DNA of 60,988 nucleotides, counting the filler, from Chloroflexota bacterium (lineage in GTDB: Bacteria; Chloroflexota; Chloroflexia; QHBQ01), in NCBI GenBank assembly GCA_043754535.1. It is 6 parts of 5 records of this genome, joined end to end, with 100 filler letters (N's around TTAATTAATTAA, not from the genome) between each part and the next. Parts side by side here need not be neighbours in the genome. Positions count along the whole stretch, not along the records: positions 8,037 to 31,646 come from JAYUUN010000122.1; 5 more parts are not named here. One strand, written 5' to 3'. Within the stretch, counting starts at the first letter, position 1; each line of letters opens with the position of its first letter. Positions 8,039 to 17,605 of the stretch are shown one piece after another. Below the pieces are notes generated by a model. That model ran no database searches and was not told the DNA's origin. It was given only the letters and a program-made list of their open reading frames with translations. Made by a program: the position numbers and the translations under genes.

Positions 8039-10588
8039 AGCCCACCTGCCAGAGGCGGCGCACTGGCTTCGCGCCTGGGTGGGCAACCAGCCCCAGCCCC
8101 AGCTAACGACGCGCTTGGTGGACTTGACAGCCTGCGAAGTGGCATCGCCGGGTTCTCAGCCGCCGACTTGCCGCAGACTGGCGAACTGAACGGCTATGTG
8201 GTGCCGCCGCAGCCGGTCGCTAGCCCCTTCCGCCGCGAGGAGGAGGAGAACCGCCACCGCGATAGCGAGTCGTCGGTAGACTGGCTGGCTAGCCTGCGTG
8301 CATCGTCCAGCCTGACAGAAGAAGCAGAGCAGGCTAGCGAGGCGAGCGACAACTGGCTCAATCGGGTGCGCGGAGCGGATAGCTACAACCCGCCACCCAC
8401 AGGCCGCTCGCTCAGCCAGCCACTCGATGCGATACGGCCAACCGCAACCTCGCTCAATGCGCCCCCCAGCCAGCCAGCCGAGGCACAACACGGGGTAGTA
8501 GAACAGCCCAACAGCGGCCAGTCGTTGCCCGACTGGTTCCGCAGCCTGCGCGGTGAGGAAACGGAGCGGCCCGCGCCCACCACCGACAGCATCCCGCCCT
8601 GGCTGGCGGAGCAGCCTGTACCCGCCGCCAGCAACCTCCCGGCCTGGTTGAGCGGGGAGGATGCGCCAGCCACGATTGCGGCTCCTGCACCAACCAGAGC
8701 GGACAGCGACCTGCCACCCTGGTTGCAGGAGGAGGCAGCCAGCCAACCACCCGCTGCCGCCAGCAATCTGCCCTCCTGGTTGAGCGGTGAGGACGTGGAT
8801 ACCGCCCCTGAACCCAGTAGCAACCTGCCCTCCTGGTTGAGCGGCACAACGCCAGAGACAACAACCAGCAGCCCAACCTGGGCTAGCAGCCCCCCACCTG
8901 CGCCTACCCCCGCCCACGATAGCAACCCCGGCCTGCTAGGAGAAGTGGACGCACCCTGGTTGCAGCAACTTGCTGCTCAACCACTGCCCACCCCACCACC
9001 CATAGCAACCCAGCCGCAACGCACTGCTGCCGACTTCTTTCCTGCCAGCGTCTCAACCAACCAGCCGGATGAGATGGCAGAGGAGAACGACGAGATGCCA
9101 CCCTGGTTGCTAGCCGAGGAGCAGGACGAGGCAGCCACCCCCACTAGTCAGAGCTTTGTTCAAGCCGAACCCGACCTGGATGGAGACACGGACGAGGGGG
9201 AGGAGCAAGCTGTAGCTGAGCCGACCGCTGGGCGGAAGAAGGCAACTGGGCTGATCAACGAGGAGGACTTGCCCGCCTGGTTGCGGGCGCAGGTGGCGGA
9301 GCAGGAGCAGGGCCAGGTGCGCTTGCCCCGCTCTGCCAGCCGCGCCAACACTGCCGCTAATCTACGCCCAGAGCAGGGTGAGGGCAGTGGCTACGTGCCG
9401 AACTGGTTGCGGAACCTGGGGACGAGCGACGAGGACGCGACCGCTGCTGCCAACGCTGCAACCGCCGCCGCGACCGCCGCCAGCGACCTGACCGCGACGC
9501 TGGCCCCTGCTATGCCCAAGATCAGCCGCACCATGACGATCCGTAGCCCCCGCACTGGGGCCGCCGAGGCCTTCGCTGCCCTGGTCTCCTCGCCCAGCAG
9601 CGCGACCCTGACCTCCTCTGTGCTGCGCCACGAACCACGCAGGGCAGCCGGGGCGATGCGCTACCTGACGGCAGACCGCCTGATCTACCTGCTTACCCTG
9701 GCCGTGATCATCGCGGCTTATGTGCTAGGCCAGAGTTCGAGTGGTGGCCCGCTCGGTAATATCGCCAAGCCCAACATTGCGCCTGCCGTTAGCAGCTTCT
9801 ACAGCACGATTGAGAACCTGCCCGCTGATGCGCCAGTGCTGGTCGCTTTCGACTGGGATGCCGACCGCCAGGCGGAGTTGCAACCGCTCAGTTACGCTGT
9901 GCTGCGCCACCTGTTTGATCGTCAGCGGCGGGTGACAACCATCAGCCTGTTGCCAGCGGGGGCGGCCTTCGCCCAGCAGGAGTTGCAGCGAGCCGGTAAA
10001 GATTACGATGCAAGCCAGCAGAACACGGGTAAGAAGATCGAGTACCTCAACCTCGGCTACCTGCCAGGCAACGAGATCGGCCTGCGTGGGCTGGCGACTG
10101 GCCCCCTTGCCAACGCTCTAACCGGGCGGGCCGACTTCCAGGGCAACCCTCTGACTGGCAATGCCGCCCTGCGTGGGGTCAACCGCCTGAGCGACTACCG
10201 CCTGATCGTGCTGCTAGAGGGCGACGAAGGGCTAGCCCGCCAGTGGGCCGAGCAACTGAACGCAGCCCGCCTGCAAACCCAGCAGCTAGCCAACGCCAGC
10301 GGCGTGAACCAGGCTACCCAGGTAGTGATCGGTTATAGCCAGGCGGCCCAGGCGACCGTCAATCTCTACTTGAACGGCAGCCGCCCCCTGTTCAACGGCA
10401 ATATCGCGGGCCTACTTGGCACCGATCAGTACGCACTCGCCCTCAACCAGGCGGGCAAGGCTCTGGACAGCCAACTGGGGCGCGAACAACGCTCCAATGT
10501 CCTCTCCTTCGCCCTGATCCTCATCGTCCTCTTGATCATCATCGGCAATATCGTGCTGATTAGCCGCTGGGCCAGCAACCGACGTTAG
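8039..10588 (+). CDS. Membrane protein with acidic PxWL-repeat N-terminus and an extracytoplasmic alpha/beta domain (5' partial)
   Basis: Frame open back to the spacer; about 12 (L/I)PxW(L/F)-type motifs, TM, IENLPADAPVLVAFDW..AELQP..YLNLGYLPG domain, C-terminal TM. Confidence 0.8.
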   Translation, partial: SPPARGGALASRLGGQPAPAPANDALGGLDSLRSGIAGFSAADLPQTGELNGYVVPPQPVASPFRREEEENRHRDSESSVDWLASLRASSSLTEEAEQASEASDNWLNRVRGADSYNPPPTGRSLSQPLDAIRPTATSLNAPPSQPAEAQHGVVEQPNSGQSLPDWFRSLRGEETERPAPTTDSIPPWLAEQPVPAASNLPAWLSGEDAPATIAAPAPTRADSDLPPWLQEEAASQPPAAASNLPSWLSGEDVDTAPEPSSNLPSWLSGTTPETTTSSPTWASSPPPAPTPAHDSNPGLLGEVDAPWLQQLAAQPLPTPPPIATQPQRTAADFFPASVSTNQPDEMAEENDEMPPWLLAEEQDEAATPTSQSFVQAEPDLDGDTDEGEEQAVAEPTAGRKKATGLINEEDLPAWLRAQVAEQEQGQVRLPRSASRANTAANLRPEQGEGSGYVPNWLRNLGTSDEDATAAANAATAAATAASDLTATLAPAMPKISRTMTIRSPRTGAAEAFAALVSSPSSATLTSSVLRHEPRRAAGAMRYLTADRLIYLLTLAVIIAAYVLGQSSSGGPLGNIAKPNIAPAVSSFYSTIENLPADAPVLVAFDWDADRQAELQPLSYAVLRHLFDRQRRVTTISLLPAGAAFAQQELQRAGKDYDASQQNTGKKIEYLNLGYLPGNEIGLRGLATGPLANALTGRADFQGNPLTGNAALRGVNRLSDYRLIVLLEGDEGLARQWAEQLNAARLQTQQLANASGVNQATQVVIGYSQAAQATVNLYLNGSRPLFNGNIAGLLGTDQYALALNQAGKALDSQLGREQRSNVLSFALILIVLLIIIGNIVLISRWASNRR

Positions 10589-10599
10589 GGGGTCTGTCC

Positions 10600-11241
10600 G
10601 TGTCTGTACCATTCATCGTCGCAGCCCTGCTTACCCTGGTAGTTTATAGCTACCTGGTGGGCGACAACCCGGCCTACCGCGCCGCCCAGCATCTCTTTGT
10701 GGGGGTCAGCGTGGGGATCGCCGTGTTGGTGGCCTTCTACAACGTGGTCTGGCCGCAGCTACTCTTTCTCTACCAGCAGAAGGACACCTTCACCATCTTC
10801 ACCAACCCCAGCCTACTGTTCATCTTTCTCAGCCTGATCCTCGGTGTGGTGTTGCTATTCAAGCTAACCCTGCCGCGCAATGCTGCCTCTAACTCGGTGC
10901 TGGGTATCATCCTCGGCACCGGGGCGGCGGTCGCCCTCGCTGGCGCGCTGATCGGCACCCTGATCCCGCAAGCTCTGGCGACGATGGTACCGCTGAACGG
11001 CAACGGCACCATCCCCTCGATCCTGGGCAACGTCGTACTAGTTGTCGGCGTGGTCACCACCCTCTCCTACTTCTACTTCACCGGGCGCAAAGACGGTAGT
11101 CGTGGGCCAGTAGCGCAATACGGCGCAACCGTGGGCCGCTACTTCATCATGATCGCCTTTGGGGCTATCTTCGGCCTGCTCACCGTCTCCTTCTTCGCTG
11201 CTCTTTACGGGCGTATCTTCTTCCTTGCCAACCCAAGCTGA
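10600..11241 (+). CDS. Hypothetical integral membrane protein (~6 TM)
   Basis: YSYLVGDNPAYRAAQHLFVGV and GRYFIMIAFGAIFG; tightly spaced within the operon. Confidence 0.85.
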   Translation: MSVPFIVAALLTLVVYSYLVGDNPAYRAAQHLFVGVSVGIAVLVAFYNVVWPQLLFLYQQKDTFTIFTNPSLLFIFLSLILGVVLLFKLTLPRNAASNSVLGIILGTGAAVALAGALIGTLIPQALATMVPLNGNGTIPSILGNVVLVVGVVTTLSYFYFTGRKDGSRGPVAQYGATVGRYFIMIAFGAIFGLLTVSFFAALYGRIFFLANPS

Positions 11242-11255
11242 CCGAGGCGATACAA

Positions 11256-13367
11256 ATGCTCAACTTTGAAGCACACAACAGCCCACGCATCGAATCGATC
11301 CTCACCGCCGACGTGGGTAGCCTGTGGACGCGCGTGGCCCTCTTTGACGTGGTGGCGGGCGAATACCGCTTCCTTGCCCGTGCCAGTGCGCCGACTACCG
11401 CCGAGCTACCCTTCGGCGATATCACAGTGGGCCTCTACAACGCGATGAGCGAGTTGGAGAAGCTGACGGGGCGGCAACTGGTGGATGAGGGCCATATTCT
11501 GCTGCCAATGACCACCAGCGGCAACGGCGTGGATGCCTTCATTGCCGCCAGCAGCGCAGCCCCCAGTATGCGCGTCGTCTTGCTAGCGATCACTCGCGAC
11601 ATCACAGCCCGCAGTGCGATCCACGCTGCCGAGAGTACATACAGCAACGTGCTTGAGTTGATCACCGTGGACGAGACGACCGCGAAGGGCGACCAGCCAG
11701 AGGCCGAGGGTGATTGGTTCGTGCGCCAGGTGCGCCGCATGATAGCCCTGCAACCAGAGGCGGCGATCATCGTCGGTGGGGTGGATGGTGGGCCGGTCGC
11801 ACCGCTGATCAAGCTGGCGAACGTGGTAGCTGCTGCCGCCCAGGATCGCAACAACCGCGCCCAACTGGTGAATGCCCGCCAGGACCAGCTACCGGTCGTC
11901 TACGCTGGCAACCAGAGCGCGCGCGGCAAGGTATTGGAGACGCTGGAGACGATCACTGACCTGCGCCTGATCGACAACATCCGCCCTCGGCTCGACCGCG
12001 AACGGCTCGGCCCAGCCCAAGAGCAATTGGATAGCCTCTACATCAAGAGCCAGCTTGACCACGTAGCTGGCTATCAACGGTTGAGTAGCTGGACGGAGAC
12101 GATCATGCCAACAGCACTGGCGACTGGGATCGTCACGCGCTACGTGGCTGGGCAGTACAAGCGCGACGTGCTGACGGTAGACATTGGCGCGTCGTCGGTC
12201 AGTGCCTTCCTGACCAATAGTGCCACCTCAGACGTGGAGGATCGGCCAGCGGGCCAGACCCAGTCTAGCTTCTATCGGGTGGTAAGGGGCGACTTCGGTC
12301 TCAGCTACGGCCTGCCCAACCTGCTGCGCGAAGTGGGGGTGGCGGCGATCAACCGCTGGCTGCCCTTCGAGATCGGTGAGGAGGAGTTGAGCGAGTGGGC
12401 CTTGAACCGAATGCTGCGCCCGCTTACCATCAGCCAGACCCGCCGCGAGTTGCAGCTGGAACACGCCTTCGCCCGCGAGGGGATGCGCTACCTTGCCCGC
12501 CGCCTGCGCGAACAGGCACCGGATGGCCGCCCCAGCTATGACTTGCTGATCGGCACTGGCGGCGTACTGGCTCATGCACCCAGCCTGGCGGCGGCGGCCC
12601 TGCTGATGCTGGACGGCTTGGAGCCGGAGGGTCTGCCCGCTGGTTCGGTGGAGTTGGCAGTAGACGGCACCATGATCCTACCCCACATCGGGGTGATGGC
12701 TGCCGTCAGCCCCGCTGCCGCTGCCTACATCTTCGACCGCGACAGCCTGCTCTGGCTCGGCACTGCGGTGGTGCCGCTGCCAGCCGTCGCGCATCCCAGC
12801 CCTGGTCAGCCCGCCGTCACCGTCACCGTCACCTACGCCGATGGCAGCGAACCGCTCAAGGCAGAGGTGGCTTACGGCGAAATCCGCCTAATCCCCCTGC
12901 GCCTCGATCAGCGGGCTAGCCTGGCGGTGCAGCCTGGTAAGGACTTCCGCATCGGCAGCGGCGAGCGCGGCAAGCTGGTACGCACCATGGGCGATGACGT
13001 GAAGGGCGGCTACGTCGGGCTGATCGTGGATGCGCGGGGGCGACCGCTGCACCTGCCTGGGGACGTGCAGGGCAGGCAGGCGACTATGCGCCGCTGGCAG
13101 CAAGCTCTTGGCATTGTTGCCCCAGAACCGACCACCCGCCAGCCAACTGGTACCCTGCGCCCGCCTGGTGCGCCCGACCAGACCCTACCGCCCCTCGCCA
13201 CTCGCCTCAACCTCAACCCAGAGGATGAGCAGGCAGCAGAGGAGACTAGCTTCGATTTTGGCACTGGCAGCAGCGGCAATGGTGCCGGCGACGTGATCGC
13301 TAACCGCTTGAGCCAAATGAGCCACCCACCTACCAACCCGGATGAGGGGAGAAAGAAACGCCGATGA
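11256..13367 (+). CDS. GlmL/MutL (glutamate mutase L)-family actin-like ATPase, long form
   Basis: ASKHA-like motifs ADVGSLWT and VDIGASS, plus ASSAA, GGVDGG, NIRP, IGTGGVL and C-terminal GLIVDARGRP. Confidence 0.75.
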   Translation: MLNFEAHNSPRIESILTADVGSLWTRVALFDVVAGEYRFLARASAPTTAELPFGDITVGLYNAMSELEKLTGRQLVDEGHILLPMTTSGNGVDAFIAASSAAPSMRVVLLAITRDITARSAIHAAESTYSNVLELITVDETTAKGDQPEAEGDWFVRQVRRMIALQPEAAIIVGGVDGGPVAPLIKLANVVAAAAQDRNNRAQLVNARQDQLPVVYAGNQSARGKVLETLETITDLRLIDNIRPRLDRERLGPAQEQLDSLYIKSQLDHVAGYQRLSSWTETIMPTALATGIVTRYVAGQYKRDVLTVDIGASSVSAFLTNSATSDVEDRPAGQTQSSFYRVVRGDFGLSYGLPNLLREVGVAAINRWLPFEIGEEELSEWALNRMLRPLTISQTRRELQLEHAFAREGMRYLARRLREQAPDGRPSYDLLIGTGGVLAHAPSLAAAALLMLDGLEPEGLPAGSVELAVDGTMILPHIGVMAAVSPAAAAYIFDRDSLLWLGTAVVPLPAVAHPSPGQPAVTVTVTYADGSEPLKAEVAYGEIRLIPLRLDQRASLAVQPGKDFRIGSGERGKLVRTMGDDVKGGYVGLIVDARGRPLHLPGDVQGRQATMRRWQQALGIVAPEPTTRQPTGTLRPPGAPDQTLPPLATRLNLNPEDEQAAEETSFDFGTGSSGNGAGDVIANRLSQMSHPPTNPDEGRKKRR

Positions 13368-14617
13368 GCTTCTACTACCCAACTAAGCAGCCACCGATCT
13401 CGCTGACTACCCTGGTGCGCGTCGAACGCCGCCTGCCGTTGGCGGGCGAAGTGACGGTGCGCGTCGGCACGCGGGTAGACCCTGGCGACATCGTAGCTCG
13501 CACCCTGATCCCTGGGCAGAAGCTGGTGCTTGACCTGGCTAGAGAACTGGGTGTTAAGCCGAAGGAGGTGGCGAAGCTGCTGCGGCGCAAGGAGGGCGAG
13601 CAGATCGAGCCAGGCGAAGTGATCGCCGGGCGGCGTGGCATCGGCGGCAAGCAGATCAAGTCGCCCGTTTCTGCCGAACTGAGTGGCGTGGACACTGGCA
13701 CGGGCAGCGTCACCCTCACCCCAATGGGCGAGATGTTCGAGCTTGATGCACACCTCAAAGGCATTGTGATGGAGGTCTTCCCCCTACAAGGGGTTAGCGT
13801 GGAGACCCCCGCCGCAGTTGTGCGTGGCTTGTGGGGCATGGGTGGCGACCGCTATGGCGTACTCAAGCTGCTCGTTACTGGGGCGGATGAGCCGCTGACC
13901 GCCGATCTGGTGGATGCGAAGGCTACCTACGCCGTGGTCGTAGGCGGGGCAGCAGTGACGGCGGACGCGCTGAAGCGATGCATTGACAACCGCGTGCGCG
14001 GGGTGATCGTTGGCAGCATGGCCCTGAGCGAACTTCGCAATTTCCTGCTTGACTACTACACGCCAGAGGCGTACATGGCCGCCAGCGATCTGCTAGATTG
14101 GCCGCTGGGCAGGCTGGGCTGGCAGTTCCCGCCCGTGCCGCTCTTTCCAGAGCGCGCGCCGCTGGACCGTCGTGGCTCGGCGGCGCGCCAGTTGCCAGGG
14201 CAGGCCCAGCAACCGCTAGCCCTCCCCTTCACCCTGATCGTCACCGAGGGCTTCGGCCAGATGCCGATGTCCAACCGCGCCTTCGACCTGCTAGCCGCCG
14301 CCGACGGCCAGGAGGTGACGATCAGCGGCACTACCCGCCTGCGTGGTGGCCTCGCCCGGCCAGAGGTGATCATCCCCTTGCCGCGCAGCAGCGTGCAGGG
14401 CCGCGACCTGAGCGACAGCCAGACGGCACCGGCGATCCACATTGGCAGCACAGTGCGCCTGATCGCTGCCCCTTATATTGGCGGCATTGCGAAGGTGACG
14501 GCCTTGCCAGGCGCACCCCGCCCGCTACCGAGCGGCCTCACCGCTCGTGTCGCCGAGGTAGCTCTCGACAACGACCGCCTGCTGATCCCCATCTTCGACC
14601 TTGAGGTGCTGGACTAA
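13364..14617 (+). CDS. Hypothetical protein with barrel-sandwich-hybrid-like repeats and a C-terminal KOW-like motif
   Basis: ATGA overlap with the previous gene; GEVTVRVGTRVDPGDIVA, EGEQIEPGEVIA..IKSPVSAEL, TEGFG, IGSTVRLIAAPYIGGIAKV. Confidence 0.75.
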   Translation: MSFYYPTKQPPISLTTLVRVERRLPLAGEVTVRVGTRVDPGDIVARTLIPGQKLVLDLARELGVKPKEVAKLLRRKEGEQIEPGEVIAGRRGIGGKQIKSPVSAELSGVDTGTGSVTLTPMGEMFELDAHLKGIVMEVFPLQGVSVETPAAVVRGLWGMGGDRYGVLKLLVTGADEPLTADLVDAKATYAVVVGGAAVTADALKRCIDNRVRGVIVGSMALSELRNFLLDYYTPEAYMAASDLLDWPLGRLGWQFPPVPLFPERAPLDRRGSAARQLPGQAQQPLALPFTLIVTEGFGQMPMSNRAFDLLAAADGQEVTISGTTRLRGGLARPEVIIPLPRSSVQGRDLSDSQTAPAIHIGSTVRLIAAPYIGGIAKVTALPGAPRPLPSGLTARVAEVALDNDRLLIPIFDLEVLD

Positions 14618-14640
14618 GCAGCATACTTGGGGATAGCGAA

Positions 14641-14668
14641 AGGCCCGCTGGATTGCTCCGGCGGGCCT
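14641..14668. terminator. Hairpin between convergent genes, likely terminator
   Basis: AGGCCCGCTGGA-ttgc-TCCGGCGGGCCT. Confidence 0.7.
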
Positions 14669-14733
14669 GCTTGTTGCGTGGGTTGGGGTGGGGGAAGCGA
14701 CTAATCGCAGCCCCGCCCTTCGCCCAACAGAGC

Positions 14734-16566
14734 TTACTTGCTGAACCAGTCGGGCTGGCTGTCGCTGAAGCTGTTCTGCACGATAGGTACCAGTTCGCTG
14801 TTGTCAGCGCGGGCGCGGAACAGTTGCAGGCGGCCACTCGTCCCCTGCTCGCGGGCGTAGGCGATGCGCCCACCGTCGCTGCTGAAGGCCGGATCCCAGT
14901 CATTGCTGCTATTGTTGGTCAACCGCTGGTTGTTGCTGCCGTCAACCTTGACCAGGTAGAGTTCCAGACCGGCTGCGCTACCATCTGGCCCACCAACGTA
15001 GATGATGCGGCTGCCCTGCGGCGACCAGCGCGGTAGGATATTGGCATTGCCGATGCCGGGGTTGGTTACACGGCGCACGTTGGTGCCGTCGGCATTCATC
15101 ACGTAGATGCTCTTGGCCCCATCGCGGTTGCTGACGAAGGCGATCTGGGTCGCGTCGGGCGACCAACTGGGGTCAGCGTCGAAGCTGGTGTTGCCAGTCA
15201 GCCGCACTGGGTCGGCCCCCACAAAGATGTCGGTGCTGAAGATTTCCTCTGCGCCATAAGCCTCCTCGAAGCCGATGAAGGCGATCTTCTGGCCGTCGGG
15301 CGACCAGGATGGCTTGCTCTGGCGACCAGGGTAGTTGTTGTTGAGCAGGATCGGGTTGCTGCCGTCCTTGTTCATGATGTACAGCTTGAACTCGCCGCTG
15401 CGGTTGCTGATGAAGGCAATCTTGCTGCCGTCAGGCGACCAAACCGGGTCTTTGTTGACACTGTTATCGTTGGTCAGGTTGACGCGGCTGCTACCAGTCG
15501 GCTTCATGGCGTAGACCTGCGACTTGGTGGTGTCGGTGTACTGGTTGGAGGTGAACACGATCACGCCAGCCAGTGGCCCCGGCTGCGGGGTAGCTGTCGG
15601 CTGTGCGCCAGCAGTCGCGGTTGGGCTGGCAGCGGGCGTGCCTGGCACGGGGGTGTTGACGACCGGGGTGCTTGCGCCGATCAGTTGGTACCGCCACTTG
15701 TAGTAGTGTTGGCCGATGTTGCCCATCTCAACCTTGAAGCCGGGTGGGTTGGCGGGGACGTAGGTGAGGACGCGTCGCTCGTAAAGCTGGATCATCACGT
15801 CCAGGCCGCTGACCCCAGCGATCTTGACCTTCGTCCAGTACGGCTCGCTGATCGGCAGGCCGCTGGCGTAGAACCAGGGGTCATTTAGCCGCTCTGATTG
15901 GCCGCCGCCCCCGACAGGGCCGCTCGCGTTGAGGAAGTTCCACATCACTTCGGGGATGTTGTGCCTGGTGGTGGTGTCGAAGTAGACATTGCGGGTGCCA
16001 GGCAGGTTGGCCTTGTTCTGGTCGAGGCCGAGGCCACCAAAGCGGTCAATAGTGTCAATCACGTTCTGGCCGCGCCGATCAGCAGCCGGGCCAGTAAAGC
16101 TGGTGAAGGTGGCATAGGTGGGCGCGCCTGCGTCGTCCGGGTCGCCCGAAACCGGGATTTCAGCCGGGCTGTACTGCTGGAAGGTGTTGTCGCCCAGTTG
16201 CAGCTTGCCGCTGACAAGCTCAGTGGTAAGCAGGCCGTTGGTGACATAGAACTTGCTGTTGCGATCCGCGTTGGGGTTGTTGATCTCCATGCGGCTCTTG
16301 TCGAAGTATTGTACCAGGTGCTGGCCGTTGACCCCCTGGGCGTATGGCTCGTAGAGGCCCGCTGTGTTGGGCTGCGGCCCCCAATACCAGCTACGGGTAG
16401 CACTGCCGTTCTGCACAGGCAGGTCAGTGCGCTGCCACACGCTGTAGAAGGCAGGGTCGGCAAAGCCGGTCTGTGCGGCGGCGGGGCTGATGTTGCTGAG
16501 GATACCGAGGATCATCAGCAGGGCGATTGCGCTGGCCGCCAGCTTGCGGCGGTTGTTCTTGTACAT
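14734..16566 (-). CDS. Secreted protein: N-terminal FADPAF/QYFDKSR domain, PT linker, TolB-like PD40 beta-propeller
   Basis: RBS AAAGGAG before ATG 16566; signal peptide ending AAA-Q; repeated P.WSPDG..IAF motifs. Confidence 0.85.
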   Translation of the reverse strand: MYKNNRRKLAASAIALLMILGILSNISPAAAQTGFADPAFYSVWQRTDLPVQNGSATRSWYWGPQPNTAGLYEPYAQGVNGQHLVQYFDKSRMEINNPNADRNSKFYVTNGLLTTELVSGKLQLGDNTFQQYSPAEIPVSGDPDDAGAPTYATFTSFTGPAADRRGQNVIDTIDRFGGLGLDQNKANLPGTRNVYFDTTTRHNIPEVMWNFLNASGPVGGGGQSERLNDPWFYASGLPISEPYWTKVKIAGVSGLDVMIQLYERRVLTYVPANPPGFKVEMGNIGQHYYKWRYQLIGASTPVVNTPVPGTPAASPTATAGAQPTATPQPGPLAGVIVFTSNQYTDTTKSQVYAMKPTGSSRVNLTNDNSVNKDPVWSPDGSKIAFISNRSGEFKLYIMNKDGSNPILLNNNYPGRQSKPSWSPDGQKIAFIGFEEAYGAEEIFSTDIFVGADPVRLTGNTSFDADPSWSPDATQIAFVSNRDGAKSIYVMNADGTNVRRVTNPGIGNANILPRWSPQGSRIIYVGGPDGSAAGLELYLVKVDGSNNQRLTNNSSNDWDPAFSSDGGRIAYAREQGTSGRLQLFRARADNSELVPIVQNSFSDSQPDWFSK

Positions 16567-16762
16567 AAAGTCACTCCTTTGGTACGATCTGTAGTATGTG
16601 GCGGGTAGGCTGCCCACCAGCCAGCCAGTTGTGGCTGTCTACCCATTATAACGCATAAGCGGCGCAGAGGTTGCATCCGCTAGTGTGCGTCCACCGCCCA
16701 CGACGGGCCGGAGAGGGCTGACCCACAAAGGGGGTATCGCTACGCCCAGTCTGCCAGGAGGT

Positions 16763-17341
16763 TTAGCTGTCCCGGCCCAAAGCAGGGGGTGGGCTGGGGT
16801 AGACAAGCAGGGCAACGGTGTAGCGTGAAGCAGTGGGTTTGCGCCCACTACTACGCTGATCTTCTAGCGTAGCAGTGATGAAACTGAGCAATTCGCGTGC
16901 TTGCGCTGCTGTCAGGCGGAAACCCTCCTCGATGTGGGCCTCTATTACGCGCTCCTCAACCCCGGCAGGCTGGCGGTGGGCAGCGACGAACCCGGCCCGC
17001 ACCCGCTCGGCGGTGGCTAGGTAGGTGGGCGGCGGCTCGTCGGTCAGGGCAAAGAGGAGTGGATCGACCGCGTAGCTGTCAGCGGTGGTGGTGTAATACT
17101 TCTCGATGATGCTGCCTTTCTCCTGCTGACTGCTGAGGACGATCAGCCCATGCCGCTCCAACTCCTTGACGTGGTAGTGGATGCGACCCGCCACTGCCCC
17201 CACCGCGTCGGCGATCTGCTTGACGGTGGCGGGCTGCTGGTGCAACACGCGCAGGATGCTGAGGCGCATCGGCTCGGCCAGCACCCGCACCTTCTCCAGA
17301 TCAGCCAAGACCAACACGGCTGGTTTCTGCTCTGTTGACAT
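16763..17341 (-). CDS. ArsR-type winged-helix transcriptional regulator
   Basis: LAEPMRLSILRVL..ATVKQIADAVG..IHYHVKELERHGLI..IIEKYY. Confidence 0.85.
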   Translation of the reverse strand: MSTEQKPAVLVLADLEKVRVLAEPMRLSILRVLHQQPATVKQIADAVGAVAGRIHYHVKELERHGLIVLSSQQEKGSIIEKYYTTTADSYAVDPLLFALTDEPPPTYLATAERVRAGFVAAHRQPAGVEERVIEAHIEEGFRLTAAQARELLSFITATLEDQRSSGRKPTASRYTVALLVYPSPPPALGRDS

Positions 17342-17378
17342 AAGTACCAACCCTTCTACACGATCTCTGTCCTAGCAG

Positions 17379-17407
17379 AATCTACCACCGTGATCTGGAT
17401 TTGTCAA
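17379..17407 (-). promoter_or_regulatory. Sigma70-type promoter of the ArsR-type gene
   Basis: TTGACA-N17-TAGATT on the minus strand. Confidence 0.6.
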
Positions 17408-17605
17408 TCGGGATTCAGGGGAATCTTAGGGGGTTTCTGGAATTGCACAGGTGCAAATGGCAAGTATTGTGTAGTTTGAGGGGAGTTCACGATCAATATG
17501 CCAGAGAGGCTTGCTTTCTAGGCGGGTTTGATGGATGATAGCAATTGACGATAGCAGAGGCAAGAACAGATAGCTTAGCAGCATACAGCAAAGGAGTAGT
17601 GGCGA

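Noticed and set aside
11256..13367. DNA mismatch-repair MutL
   Set aside because: Name clash only; motifs are actin/ASKHA-like, not GHKL.
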